Source: Macrostomum lignano
Taxonomy: Eukaryota
Reading direction: 5' to 3'
Length of the DNA stretch: 64,000 nucleotides
Assembly (NCBI GenBank): GCA_002269645.1
Contig: NIVC01002732.1
Location: 81,522-145,521, forward strand
The translations under genes were made by a program, and so were the position numbers. Below are positions 1 through 13,189 of this stretch, piece by piece. The notes beneath the pieces are model-generated. The model was not told the DNA's origin and did not search any database. It was given only the letters and a program-made list of their open reading frames with translations. Every line of letters begins with the position of its first letter. The stretch's first letter is position 1.

Positions 1-788
1 CAGAATCGTCCCTAATCACCCTACAGAATTGCCCCAAATCACCCTACAGAATCACCCCTAATCACCCTACAGAATCACCCCTAATCACCCTACAGAATCG
101 CACCTAATCACCCTACAGAATCGCCCCTAATCACCCTACAGAATCGTCCCTAATCACCCTACAGAATTGCCCCAAATCACCCTACAGAATCACCCCTAAT
201 CACCCTACAGAATCGCCCCTAATCACCCTACAGAATCACCCCTAATCACCCTACAGAATCGCACCTAATCACCCTACAGAATTGCCCCAAATCACCCTAC
301 AGAATCACCCCTAATCACCCTACAGAATCGCCCCTAATCACCCTACAGAATTGCCCCAAATCACCCTACAGAATCACCCCTAATCACCCTACAGAATCAC
401 CCCTAATCACCCTACAGAATTGCCCCAAATCACCCTACAGAATCACCCCTAATCACCCTACAGAATTGCCCCAAATCACCCTACAGAATCACCCCTAATC
501 ACCCTACAGAATCACCCCTAATCACCCTACAGAATCACCCCTAATCACCCTAAAGAATCACCCCTAATCACCCTACAGAATCACCCCTAATCACCCTACA
601 GAATCACCCCTAATCACCCTACAGAATCACCCCTAATCACCCTACAGAATCACCCCTAATCACCCTACAGAATCGCTCCAAATCACCTACAGAATCACCC
701 CTAATCACCCTACAGAATCGCTCCAAATCACCTACAGAATCACCCCTAATCACCCTACAGAATCGCCCCTAATCACCTACAGAATCGC
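1..788. repeat. 23-bp minisatellite (CAGAATCACCCCTAATCACCCTA)n, about 34 copies, runs off the window start
   Basis: Direct periodicity read from the sequence. Confidence 0.95.
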
Positions 789-845
789 CTTTATAATTAT
801 GTAAAAATAATATATGATCCAACTTATTCAATACGGATATCCCAG

Positions 846-3800
846 TTCGCCCAAGAGTCCGACCAGCCCGACACCAAGGATGGCGTCCTGGTTGCCTACA
901 AGCAGTTCGAGCAGCTGCTGGAGACGCTGCCCCGCCTAATGAAAGCATTGCTACCTTCGTCAGAAGGGCCCGGCGCAGCTGAGACCCTGCTGGATCAGCT
1001 GACCGTTGGAACCGGTAAGACGGCCAAAGTTCTCCAACAACTCAGTGGCCTCCAGTCATCTGATGACGACAAAGAAAATGATTTAAATGACGTAGCGGAC
1101 GCTGGAGCTTCGGCGGAATCGGTTAATCCTGATCAGGTGCGTTTCTTGTGTCAAAGTGCCAATATTTATAGTACACGTATATGAATCAATAGCCATTGGA
1201 GCTTTGTTCACGTCGAAGATCTCTAATCACCCATTCCACTCCATTCACGCACCTAACTCTGTTCACCCACCACAATCAGACTCAGTTCACCCACCTCATT
1301 CCATTCACCCACCCCACTCCGTTCACCCACACCACTCCGTTCACCCACCTCATTCCATTCACCCACCCCACTCCAGTCACCCACACTACTCCGTTCACCC
1401 ACCAAACTCCGTTCACCCATCTCATTCCATTCACTCACCCAACTCCGTTTTCCCACCTCATTCCATTCACCCACCCACTCCGTTCACCCACCTCCTTCCA
1501 TTCACCCACCCACTCCGTTCACCCACCTCATTCCATTCATCCACCCTACTCCGTTCACCCACCCACTCTATTCACCCATTCCACTCCATTCACCCACCCC
1601 ACTCCAATCACACACCCACTCTTCACCCACCCACTCTAATCACGCACCCACTACATTCACCGATGCCACTTCACAGTCACCTAATGCACCCCAGGTACCC
1701 ATTTTAAGAATAAATGCAATCATTAAACTATTGATGCTCGGCATTCAATCAACTGCATCTCTAAACCTTACCCCTTGCCAATAATCAGCAACAGGAAGCT
1801 GTACAACAAGTCTGCAACCCTACAACAACTGGTGTTGAAGATTTTCCCCGAGATTCACAACAATCAGAGCAACAACAGGAGCAACATGAAGAGCAGACTG
1901 CTAATATTGAGCAGGAGAAACACGAATTCACCGACACTTCATTGGCGATGACTCATTCCGATGATGAAGGTAAAAATTTTAATTATGATTTTATTTATTC
2001 TTATATATGCTTTGGCGCCTAAGAATTAAAGTAGACAATATTTATTTATTCATTAAAATTCAAGTTTATATTTGACACTGTAACTGACTTTCGGGGTGGC
2101 GTGATTATCATTATTAAGCTCCCAGGGGAAACCTACGCTCGTAATTATAATTGAGCCATCCAATAAAATTTGACCTTCAAATCTACCCAATCAAATTTGG
2201 CCTTCAAGGCCACTCAATAAAATTTGACCTTGAAATCTACCCAATCAAATTTGGCCTTCAAGGCCAACCAATAAAATTTGATCTTGAAATCTACCCAATC
2301 AAATTTGACCTTCTAGGCCACCCAATAAAAATTGATCTTCAAAGCCACCCAATAAAATTTGACCCTTAGAATCAACCCAATTAAATTTTACCTTTAAGGC
2401 CACCCACAGATACTAGAATAACTAGATGGGCCACTCAGCACATTTGCGTGTAAGCTACTTTCAGTTCAGTAGCAAGTTAAACTGAGGCATTTTACGATAA
2501 GGCGCATTTATTGGCTCTTCCCCCCCAGCTTAAACCCTCAAACTTCACGCAGAACCTCTACCCCCGCCCCGCCGCCCAATTTTTATTACTTTCCTCCGTT
2601 GTTCCAGTCTAAAGCTGCCATGTACATTTCAATGGACTGGCTAATGTACATTATTGCTGAACCAATAAGCAAGCTGGTTACGCCTGCAAGCTTGGGCTTC
2701 TAAACTTATCAAAGTCATTTCAGCTGTATTCTTCTTTGCTACTGAACTAAAAAGTAGAAAGCTGTTTTACTAAGTTACTAATATACGCCTGAGTGGCCCA
2801 TCTAGTTATTTTTAGTATCTGTCAGGCCACCCAATCAAATTTGACCTTTAAGGCCACCCAATCAAATTTGACCTTTAAGGCCACCCAATCAAATTTGACC
2901 TTTAAGGCCACCCAGTCAAATTTGACCTTTAAGGCCACCCAATCAAATTTGACCTTTAAGGCCACCCAATCAAATTTGACCTTTAAGGCCACCCAATCAA
3001 ATTTGATCTTTAAGGCCACCCAATCAAATTTGACCTTTAAGGCCACCCAATCAAATTTGACCTTTAAGGCCACCCAATCAAATTTGATCTTTAAGGCCAC
3101 CCAGTCAAATTTGACCTTTAAGGCCACCCAATCAAATTTGACCTTTAAGGCCACCCAATCAAATTTGACCTTTAAGGCCACCCAATCAAATTTGACCTTT
3201 AAGGCCACCCAATCAAATTTGACCTTTAAGGCCACCCAATCAAATTTGACCTTTAAGGCCACCCAGTCAAATTTGACCTTTAAGGCCACCCAATCAAATT
3301 TGACCTTTAAGGCCACCCAATCAAATTTGACCTTTAAGGCCACCCAGTCAAATTTGACCTTTAAGGCCACCCAATCAAATTTGACCTTTAAGGCCACCCA
3401 ATCAAATTTGACCTTTAAGGCCACCCAGTCAAATCTGACCTTAAAACCTGCACAATCAAATTTGATGAAGAGTTCGCTTTAGCACACTAGAGAGAGAGGG
3501 AAAGAGAGAGAGAGAAAGAGAAGAGAGAGAGAAATTAATCTAGTGTCTAAACGCACGAACTCCAACTTCCAGACCTCAAGCCTGGGAACAAGGTTCAGTG
3601 TTCACTTACTGATGCGGGCTCCTCTTCTTTGTCGGGCAGGTTCTCCGAGCTCGTCTCTTCAAATATTCTTCCTCCGGAGTAGTCTTGAATTATAGAATCG
3701 GCCGAATATGAGAGCTTAATAACTTAGTCCGTCGACGTCAATATATTCCTCGAGTGCAGAAATCAATATATTCCTCGAGTGCAGAGATGCGCCCTAATAA

Positions 3801-5727
3801 CAAAGTCAATTCTATAACAATAACGAGGTCCTCCGAAAGGGCGTCTTCTTCTAGAAATAACGGAATCGGAGTCGTTTGCTCCTATCGGTTACTCTAGGGT
3901 ACCAAAATCAATCAATCAGTAATCGACTAAGAGTATCGGAATCGGTCCGCAGATCCTATCCAATCCCTTAGGAATAGGGAGGCCTCAAATTCAATAACTC
4001 AATAAATCGACTTATCAGTAACGGCCGGCAATGACACAGCTCTCAATAATCGAATAACAAAGACTTCAAATAACAAAGACTCTAACAAAGGCTTACCAAT
4101 TGGTGTTTGTCTCTCTCAGAGATATAGCCTTGCTTGGTAACTCTGGCTAAGCCTAAGATCTCTTAAGGCTGCTCCGAGTCTGAGGTTTCAGCTCGGATTT
4201 TTGCTTGTATTTTTACACGATTTCATTCGACCTTGAGCTTCAAACTGGTTTTATTGATAAGAATCAAAAGATGGACTTTGTCTCTTGACCGGTGGGGTTT
4301 TACATAGAAAGGGGTGAAGCCTAAATCGCATTTAACTTGACCTTTACCATATTTGGAAATTTAGGTTGAAAACCGGTTTTTTGGACTATGTAACGATCAC
4401 TCGCTGTTTACGTGATACTGCATGCATTACTGAAAATAGAGTATGACGCATGTTAATTTTAAATACGAGCCGTAGTATTCATGTTTTTATCTTGCTACTT
4501 TTAGTAGCCTACTATGCTTGGAGATCTCTACATTGACAAATTTGAAATTTGATTAGTACGCTAAAATCAAATCGTCTCCACCTATCCTTAATCTGTTTAA
4601 TCATATTTATTTTCTTTTTCTTTAAATTGCTAAAAGCAACAACAAAAGCAGAAACGGTGGGCGACTCAAGCGGGCTGGATTCTGCTCAGAGTGAATTGTT
4701 TAGTTTGTCTATTGAAAAGGCGTCTGGGTAAGCTGAGGTCTCAATTATCACAACTATTGTTCAGCTTTGTAGTAAATAACTTGCTTAATGAACATTACAA
4801 TGTTAATTATCTTAATTTATTATCTGCCGTGATTGAATTATATCCCAATTTAACCTGTTTATATTAGATTTGCTCAATCCTCATCTTTAATTTGCAGACG
4901 AAGGATACAGTTTTCACTTTTCAAGTAATTTGTTTCATATTTTAAATATCCCCTTTTATTATATTGGATTTTTGGATAATCGCATTTCCTCATCAACCAA
5001 ATTAATCAGAATCACCTGATGAAAATTTTGCTTGCCAGAAATTACTTTTAAACAATCTGGAATTTCTAGTTTTAACAAAAATTTAGAATATCTAGTTAAA
5101 CAGTGATAAATTTAGTTTCGATTTGAGTAGAAAACTCACTTTTGCATTGATTTTATTCCTTCATCCAATTAATTTCACTTTTTCATATTTATATTGTAGT
5201 TTTGCTAATATGCTTTTGAATTGGAACGGCTAACTCTGCTGATTGTAAACTTTTTCAACACTTTAAGTCAATCTCCAATTACGAGGGTAGCCTCATTTCT
5301 TTTAATTATCTAAACACCCAAACACCCACCTCCCTCCTCCAGTCACCCACCCCACTCCATTCACCCACCCCACTCCATTCACCCACCTCCAGTCACCCAC
5401 CCCACTCCATTCACCCACCCCACTCTATTCACCCACACCACTCCATTCACCCACACCACTCCATTCACCCACCCCATTCCATTCACCCACCCCACTCCAT
5501 TCACCCACCTCCAGTCACCCACCTCACTCCAGTCACCCACCCACTCCATTCACCCACCCCACTCCAGTCACCCACCCCACTCCGCCCGCAGGCCTGACCT
5601 CTTCAGCGGGCAGCCGCCGCTGGTCGACGGAGACGCAGACGCCGCCCCCAGCAGCGGGCATTGTGAGCCGCAGGCGCAGCTACCTGACGCCCAGGCTGAT
5701 TCGAACGAGCTCGGCCACGCTGATTAG
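846..5727 (+). CDS. 3' part of a spliced gene, acidic low-complexity protein of unknown function; exons 846-1136, 1789-1969, 4637-4727, 5592-5727(stop); 5' exons lie outside the window
   Basis: Each exon is bounded by AG/GT and the phases chain (0,1,2) into one open frame: FAQESDQPDTKDGVLVAYKQFEQLLETLPRLMKALLP...NPDQ|QQEAVQQV...HSDDE|ATTKAETV...EKAS|GPDLFSGQ...ELGHAD*. No domain recognised. Confidence 0.6.
1225..1700. repeat. Degenerate ~18-bp C-rich minisatellite (CACTCCRTTCACCCACCC-like), intronic
   Basis: Direct periodicity. It produces the spurious His/Pro-rich ORFs at 1156-1707 and 1196-1639. Confidence 0.9.
2153..3465. repeat. 27-bp minisatellite (GGCCACCCAATCAAATTTGACCTTTAA)n; degenerate at 2153-2405, homogeneous at 2824-3465, interrupted by a MITE
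   Basis: Direct periodicity; 9-aa repeats in the ORF track. Confidence 0.95.
2406..2823. mobile_element. MITE (non-autonomous DNA transposon), about 418 bp
   Basis: ~32-bp TIRs (CAGATACTAGAATAACTAGATGGGCCACTCAG and CTGAGTGGCCCATCTAGTTATTTTTAGTATCTG), a second subterminal inverted pair (~2455-2478 / ~2735-2758), and an 8-9-bp TSD AGGCCACC(C) at 2397-2405 and 2824-2832 whose removal restores the satellite unit. Confidence 0.85.
3489..3533. repeat. (GA)n microsatellite
   Basis: Direct. Confidence 0.85.
5325..5583. repeat. ~18-bp C-rich minisatellite, same family as 1225-1700, ending at the 3' splice site of the last exon
   Basis: Units CCACTCCATTCACCCACC. Confidence 0.9.
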
Positions 5728-6569
5728 AAACCTGGCTGCTCCAAACTTTGCCAATCCGAATTCTGGCGTGCCTTAGAGAAAGAAAGGAAGAAACTGTAAA
5801 TCTACATTAGTATCGTCGCATTGCTACTTGCAGTAGCTTTCGTGTTTTGTGCAGATTAATGTATTGTATTACGATTTTTTGTATTTTTTTTCAATTCAAA
5901 CATTTGTGCTCGATTGTATTTTTTGCTACTTCGAAGTGGCTCATATTGTTTCTACTCTGCTCACGATATTTCTCTAAACTAAGTAGTCAACTCTGCGGTT
6001 GGAATATTAAATTTGCGCCAAATTTGTTTTACTTGTTATAAAAAATAATAGTTTCTGCTGGGAGTCATTATATAAGTATTGTATTAATCTTTGTGCTATG
6101 AAATATTTTGGAAGATAATTAAATTAGTTCATGATAATTAAAGTGCAGTCATGTACTATTAATACTGACCTTTAATATAACCTATTTGAAGTTCCTTTCT
6201 CGATATTTTTCTGCTAAATTCTGCTCATTATTTTTCTAATGATTTATGATTACTGTACTAAATATTTATACTCGTAAGCTTGTTCGGGCACTTAGTGCTG
6301 TATGATATTCATTAATTTTCTCGAACATTCTCAAAATAAATCCAAATTGTAATTTACTTTTTGAAATTTTTGTCTAAGTTATAAGGTAATTGTCCAGCGC
6401 CAAGTCATCAAGTTAAAGCCCAATTCTTTTGCTTTACAATACTATAACAATGTATACAATCTGCGCTGTGAGTTTATTTTGCGTCCTTTTCTATACACTG
6501 CCACACGTCTGTTGCCAATATTGCACATTCCATGCCATCTTGTTCGATCGAAACCCGTTCCAATCCTCA

Positions 6570-6748
6570 CCTATTCCAACCCACCACCCCATTCTCACCC
6601 ACCACCCCATTCTCACCCACCATCCCATTCTCACCCACCACCCCATTCTCACTCACCACCCCGTTCTCACCCACCACCCCATTCTCACCCACCACCCCAT
6701 TCTCACCCACCACCCCATTCTCACCCACCACCCCATTCTAACCCAGCA
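6570..6748. repeat. 18-bp minisatellite (CCACCACCCCATTCTCAC)n
   Basis: Direct periodicity. Confidence 0.9.
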
Positions 6749-7055
6749 GCCTAGTGGTTAGAGCGTCGGACTCACGACTTGAAGGTCGGGGGTTCGATTC
6801 CCGATCCCACTGAAACAATTTGTGTCCTTGAGCAAGACACTGTAGCTCTGCATTGCTTCAGTTCACCCAGCTGTAAAATGGGTGCCAGCATTAGCTGGGG
6901 TAATTGAGGGTGTGTGGTGCCCCCCCTCCCAGTCCTTGGACTGAACAGCCGTACGCAGCCTTCAGATGCGCCGCGCAATAGCTGCGGCTGAGCTGTCGGT
7001 TGCACATCTGCCCTTTGTGGCAGGTCTAATCAATTATTATTATTATTATTATTAT
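6749..7055 (+). mobile_element. tRNA-derived SINE with a CORE-like central domain and (TTA)n tail
   Basis: A-box-like TAGTGGTTAGAG, B-box GGTTCGATTCC, central GTGTCCTTGAGCAAGACAC...CAGCTGTAAAATGGG resembling the MIR/CORE domain, 10-bp TSD TAACCCAGCA (6739-6748, 7056-7065), and a second copy at 16104-16287. Confidence 0.85.
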
Positions 7056-8482
7056 TAACCCAGCACCCCAATCCAACCCACACTACCCCACTCTAAACCA
7101 CCACCCCACCAAAACTCACCACCCCATTCCTATCCATTAACAGTTTATTCCTAATTTTAAATCTACCTGTGCTCATTTTTCACTGTAATCTTTCGGCCTT
7201 AAAAGTCCACAGTCTACTGTGTAACTCTTACACAATAAGCCAATACAAGTACCAATGAAATTTAATTAAAGGTGTAATGTGTACTTGTATATGATACTTA
7301 ATGCTAATACTGCACTGTATATGCATAGGTAATATTTGCCTAGGATATTTTCACAGGCATTTTGTGTGACTTGCTCCTGCGTGTACCTTTACCTAAATAC
7401 CGCCTAAATTTGTGTTTTTTTGCTCTCTTATCTAATATATATATACATAAACATATCAGAAGCACAGATATCCTGAATAAGTCAATACTACATATTTAAC
7501 GTACGATTCACACCTCAATTTCACAGCATCATTGATTTTTTGTGGCCAATTGTTTTCTGATTTTAACAAATGCCCAGTCAACTACTCGCTCTGCATTGCG
7601 CTGAAATTTAAATTGATTGTTCCGTAATTGAACTCTTAGTAATAAATTTATTTAATATTCCAAATGTTCTACTTAAATTCGTATTGAATAGTAGTGCAAT
7701 GCGCACATTGAAAGTAATTTTCAAACCATTGTAACAAAACAACATCTGGAAATTGAATTGCAATTCAACTGCCTCGCCAAGTTGAAGTGATTAACTACGA
7801 GTAGAATATTTTGAAAGATTACTAATCGATAATATCGACATACATTCGCACAATTGATTGTCGCGTCTTTCATCTTGTTGGCAACTCAATATTCTCTCCG
7901 CTTCGATTGCTTCCTTCCTTCCTTCCTTCCTGTCTTGCTGCCCTCTTCAAATGCGCCTGCTACACTCTACTATTCAAGTTAGTAGTAAGATAGGTAAACT
8001 TGTTCTTTTTCGTTTATTGTATCAATTTGTTTTTAAGCTCCCGCCATTGCTTAATATGCTGTTGCTATTTAATATTGTTCATACATGCATACGTATGATT
8101 ATAAATATAATTATATATATTGCTGGCATTAACTTCAGTCTGGTTATTTATCAATTGATTTTTTGTTTAACTGTTCGCCTCAATTTCTTGTAGGCCATGT
8201 CTTATAGAGCAAATTATCCTATAGCTTCAGAGTTGGAACTGCAAATTTGAAAATTTTAATTGCATCATTCATTACCTATCTGTGTGCAGTGTTTTTTTTC
8301 AGTTGGCTAATTACTTTCTACGAATGAACTACGCGTGTCTTTCAATTTGTAAACTCTACTCGATTTGAAGCTCCAGAAAATGGACAAAATTTTATGCGCA
8401 GATGAGGCCAATTAGGAGAGCTGCTTTCATGGTAATTGCTGGAACAGAGCGCAACTGTGCATTGTTCTCCGACTCTGCTGAG

Positions 8483-9620
8483 CCACAGAATATCGCCACT
8501 AATCCACCCTGAGAATCGCCACTAATCCACCTTGAAGATCGCCCCTAATCCATCCTGAGAATCGCCCCTAATCCACCCTGAGAATCGCCACTAATCCACC
8601 TGGAAAAGCGCCCTAATCCATCCTAAGAATCGCCCCTAATCCACCTTAAAAATCGCCACTAAACCACCTGAGAATCGCCACCAAAATAGCCTAAGAATCG
8701 CCCCTAATCCACCTTGAGAATCGCCACCAAAATAGCCTAAGAATCGCCCCTAATCCACCCTGAGAATTTCCACTAATCCACCTTGAAGATCGCCCCTAAT
8801 CCATCCTGAGAATCGCCCCTAATCCACACTGAGGATCGCCCCTAATCCACTCTGAGAATCGCCCCTAATCCACTCTGAAAATCGCCCCTAATCCACACTG
8901 AGAATCGCCCCTAATCCATCCTGAGAATCGCCCCTAATCCACCCTGAGAATCGCCACTAATCCACCTTGAAAAGCGCCCTAATTCATCCTAAGAATCGCC
9001 CCTAATCCACTTTAAAAATCGCCACTAAACCAACTGAGAATCGCCACCAAAATAGCCTAAGAATCGCCCCTAATCCACCTTGAGAATCGCCACCAAAATA
9101 GCCTAAGAATCGCCCCTAATCCACTCTGAGAATCGCCCCTAATCCACCCTGAGAATCGCCCCTAATCCACCCTGAGAATCGCCCCTAATCCACCCTGAGA
9201 ATCGCCACTAATCCACCTTGAAGATCGCCCCTAATCCATCCTGAGAATCGCCCCTAATCCACCCTGAGAATCGCCACTAATCCACCTTGAAAAGCGCCCT
9301 AATCCATCCTAAGAATCGCCCCTAATCCACCTTAAAAATCGCCACTAAACCACCTGAGAATCGCCACCAAAATAGCCTGAGGATCGCCCCTAATCCACAC
9401 TGAGGATCGCCCCTAATCCACTCTGAGAATCGCCCCTAATCCACACTGAGAATCGCCCCTAATCCACACTGAGAATCGCCACTAATCTATCTTGAGATTC
9501 GTCCCGAATCCACCTTGAGAATCGCCACTAATCCACCTTCGAATCGCCCCTATCCATCCACCCTGAGAATCGCCACTAACCCACCCTGAGAATTGCATCT
9601 AAGCTGCCATGATAATCGCC
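8483..9620. repeat. 23-bp minisatellite (GAGAATCGCCCCTAATCCACCCT)n, related to the array at 1-788
   Basis: Direct periodicity; shares the AGAATCRCCCCTAATC core. Confidence 0.95.
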
Positions 9621-10034
9621 CTTAAACCAAAGCTGAATATAGAAGTAATTTACCATGGGAAATCGAGTGCTATCGTAAAAAGTTGATTTTGAAATGCGCA
9701 GGCGTGGCCATTCTCAACTTAATTATTTACAGAAGTGGAAAGCAGCCGCCTCACCTGGCCAATTTACTGGTGCAATTAATACAACTTTTCTGCGCAAAAA
9801 ATTCCACAAATTACTTTCTTCGTAGCTAATTTTCTTTCTTACAAAAGATGAGAATGCGGTGGTCGATGGATCGTGAGACTAAAAAAGTATATATTGCCGG
9901 TATCGGTGTAGAAAATTTAGATAACATCTTGCTTGAAGAAAGCCAGCGTTGCTTTTATGCAATCATTTTCGCCGTTCATTTGACTTTATTAACTGTAAGT
10001 TTGTATTGCATTTGGCATCTGGGCGTATTGCACA

Positions 10035-10436
10035 CGTCTGACACAAACACGATTGCTGACACACCTGTCTGACATAGAGAGACCATCTCTCTGATTGCTG
10101 ACACACCTGTCTGACGTAGAGAGACCATCTCTCTGATTGCTGACACACCTGTCTGACATAGAGAGACCATCTCTCTGATTGCTGACACACCTGTCTGACA
10201 TAGAGAGACCATCTCTCTGATTGCTGACACACCTGTCTGACATAGAGAGACCATCTCTCTGATTGCTGACACACCTGTCTGACATAGAGAGACCATCTCT
10301 CTGATTGCTGACACACCTGTCTGACATAGACCATCTCTCTGATTGCTGACACACCTGTCTGACATAGAGAGACCATCTCTCTGATTGCTGACACACCTGT
10401 CTGACATAGAGAGACGATCTCTGATTGCTGACACAC
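10035..10436. repeat. 42-bp minisatellite (TGACACACCTGTCTGACATAGAGAGACCATCTCTCTGATTGC)n
   Basis: Direct periodicity; each unit has a small AGAGAGA..TCTCTCT hairpin. Confidence 0.95.
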
Positions 10437-10490
10437 AGAGGCAGTCTAATTAGTGACACAGGTTTCTAACATCCTCAGCTCAGACAGGTC

Positions 10491-10805
10491 ATGTCGGAGC
10501 TGGCACTCCGTTCGAATGTGTTCTGCCTGCCGCCGTTCGCTAACAAGCCAGCTGCGGCCTCATCAAGCCAGGCAGCTGAGGCCTACAAACCCCTGCTGTC
10601 CCGGCACGGCAATCTTCGATCCGTGAACCAAGAATCCAGCGGCGGTCCGGTGTCGCACTATCGACCGTCGGTGAAAACATTTAAAGAAGCTGGGGAAAAT
10701 TCCAACAGCAGGTGTCAACAGTACATGGCTGATGAGGCGCTGCAGGACCGGCAGAGACAGCCGCACCTGTGCCAGAGGCGTCAGTTTCCTGGAAAGCAAC
10801 GCTAG
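10491..10805 (+). CDS. Possible short ORF or terminal exon, unknown product (104 aa)
   Basis: Non-repetitive, GC-richer open frame with an upstream CAG acceptor. No domain recognised and no partner exons established. Confidence 0.25.
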   Translation: MSELALRSNVFCLPPFANKPAAASSSQAAEAYKPLLSRHGNLRSVNQESSGGPVSHYRPSVKTFKEAGENSNSRCQQYMADEALQDRQRQPHLCQRRQFPGKQR

Positions 10806-11124
10806 ACAAGTTTCTCTCTCGCCCCCACCCCCCAATGCAAGGGGGGCTGTTTGACTGACAAGTTGGAATTAGCTTGGGGTTGTTGCTCAGTTTTTTTCAC
10901 ATCATATAGCTAACACGTTAGCTGTATCTTAACCGGACTCGTATTATTAATATTTCTTGTGCCCACACCCTAAAATGTCAATAATTATTGACTAATTTGT
11001 TTAAGCTGCTGGTCTATCAATAAATCATAAAATATTTATAATCATCTATGCTCATTATTCCTATGTCATCAGCAATAAGTTCTGACTGTGCTAGTAAATG
11101 TGATCGTAAAGTCAGAGATTTGAT

Positions 11125-12305
11125 TCAGTGACAAAAGAACAGAGATTAGAGATTCAATGACACAATAAGAGAGATTAGAGATTCAGTGACACAAGAACAG
11201 AGATTAGAGATTCAATGATACAATAAGAGAGATTAGAGATTCAGTAACGCAAGAAGAGAGAGTTGAGATTCAGTGACGCGAGAAGAGAGAGATTAGAGAT
11301 TCAGTGACGCGAGAAGAGAGAGATTAGAGATTCAGTGACGCAAGAAGAGAGAGTTGAGATTCAGTGACACGAGACGAGAGAGATTAGAGATTCAGTGACA
11401 CGAGAAGAGAGAGATTAGAGATTCAGTGACACGAGAAGAGAGAGATTAGAGATTCAGTGACACAAGAAGAGAGAGATTAGAGATTCAGTGACGCGAGAAG
11501 AGAGAAATTAGAGATTCAGTGACACAAGAAGAGAGAGATTAGAGATTCAGTGACGCGAGAAGAGAGAGATTAGAGATTCAGTGACACGAGACGAGTGAGA
11601 TTAGAGATTCAGTGACACGAGAAGAGAGAGATTAGAGATTCAGTGACACGAGAAGAGAGATTAGAAATTCAGTGACACTAGAAGAGAGAGATTAGAGATT
11701 CAATGACACAAGAAGAGAGATTAGAGATTCAGTGACGCAAGAAGAGAGAGAGATTAGAGATTCAGTGACACGAGAAGAGAGAGATTAGAGATTCAGTGAC
11801 GCGAGAAGAGAGAGATTAGAGATTCAGTGACACGAGACGAGTGAGATTAGAGATTCAGTGACACGAGAAGAGAGAGATTAGAGATTCAGTGACACGAGAA
11901 GAGAGAGATTAGAGATTCAGTGACACGAGACGAGTGAGATTAGAGATTCAATGACACAAGAAGAGAGAGATTAGAGATTCAGTGACGCGTGAAGAGAGAG
12001 ATTAGAGATTCAGTGACGCGAGAAGAGAGAGATTAGAGATTCAATGACACGAGAAGAGAGAGATTAGAGATTCAGTGACACGAGAAGAGAGAGATTAGAG
12101 ATTCAGTGACACAAGAAGAGAGAGATTAGAGATTCAATGACACAAGAAGAGAGATTAGAGATTCAGTGACACGAGAAGAGAGAGATTAGAGATTTAGTGA
12201 CACGTGAAAAGAGCGATTAGAGATTCTATATGTTATTCAAGGGATTTGAAGAGAGATTAGAGACTTTGTGCCATGAGAAAAGAATAGAGATTAGAGATTC
12301 AGCGT
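11125..12305. repeat. ~31-bp minisatellite (GAGATTAGAGATTCAGTGACACGAGAAGAGA)n
   Basis: Direct periodicity, with unit length varying in the GA run. Confidence 0.95.
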
Positions 12306-12674
12306 AAAAACGAGAAGTCAATTAGGGAGTTGGAGCAATGCTTTTACCAAAAGCATCACTAAGCTGTAAAAATGTCCGCAGAGCATGAAAACTCTGCAGC
12401 CAGCAAGAAAATTAACTTACCTGGTAATCAGGTATGAAGTCCCGGCTTCTGGAGTTGGCCACAAAAATTCATTTCTCTATTGGGAATTCCCGGCAAAGTG
12501 CATAAGCATAAATTAGATTAACAATTCTTGCCCGGAAAGCCTCGATGTAGCTTAGCTGCCGTTGGATAATTTCAGCCGAACTTCGGCTTTTTATTGCCCG
12601 ATTTTTTATTAGCGGGATTTGTCACTTTGCTTTCTTAGATTTGTAACATACAGTCACTATAGACGGTTAGACTC

Positions 12675-12816
12675 ACAAACAGACAGACAAACAGACATGC
12701 AGACAGAGAGATAGACACTAAGATAGACAGACACAGACAGACAGACAGAGACAGACAGACAGAAAGACAGACAGACAGACAGACAGACACTAAGACAGAC
12801 AGACAGACAGACAGAA

Positions 12817-12871
<55 letters not shown>

Positions 12872-13058
12872 TAGATAGACACTAAGACACATAAGACGGA
12901 CAGACAGACAGACAGACAGAAAGACAGACAGACAGACAGACAGAAAGACAGACAGACAGACAGACAGAAAGGCAGACAGACAGACAGACAGACGGACAGA
13001 CAGACAGATAGATAGACACTAAGACACATAAGACGGACAGACAGACAGACAGACAGAA

Positions 13059-13137
<79 letters not shown>

Positions 13138-13138
13138 A

Positions 13139-13189
<51 letters not shown>

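Noticed and set aside
2793-3482. 229-aa and 200-aa nonapeptide-repeat ORFs
   Set aside because: Translations of the 27-bp satellite inside an intron.
6746-6820. tRNA gene
   Set aside because: It has A/B boxes but no complete acceptor stem, and it continues into a SINE body with tail and TSD.
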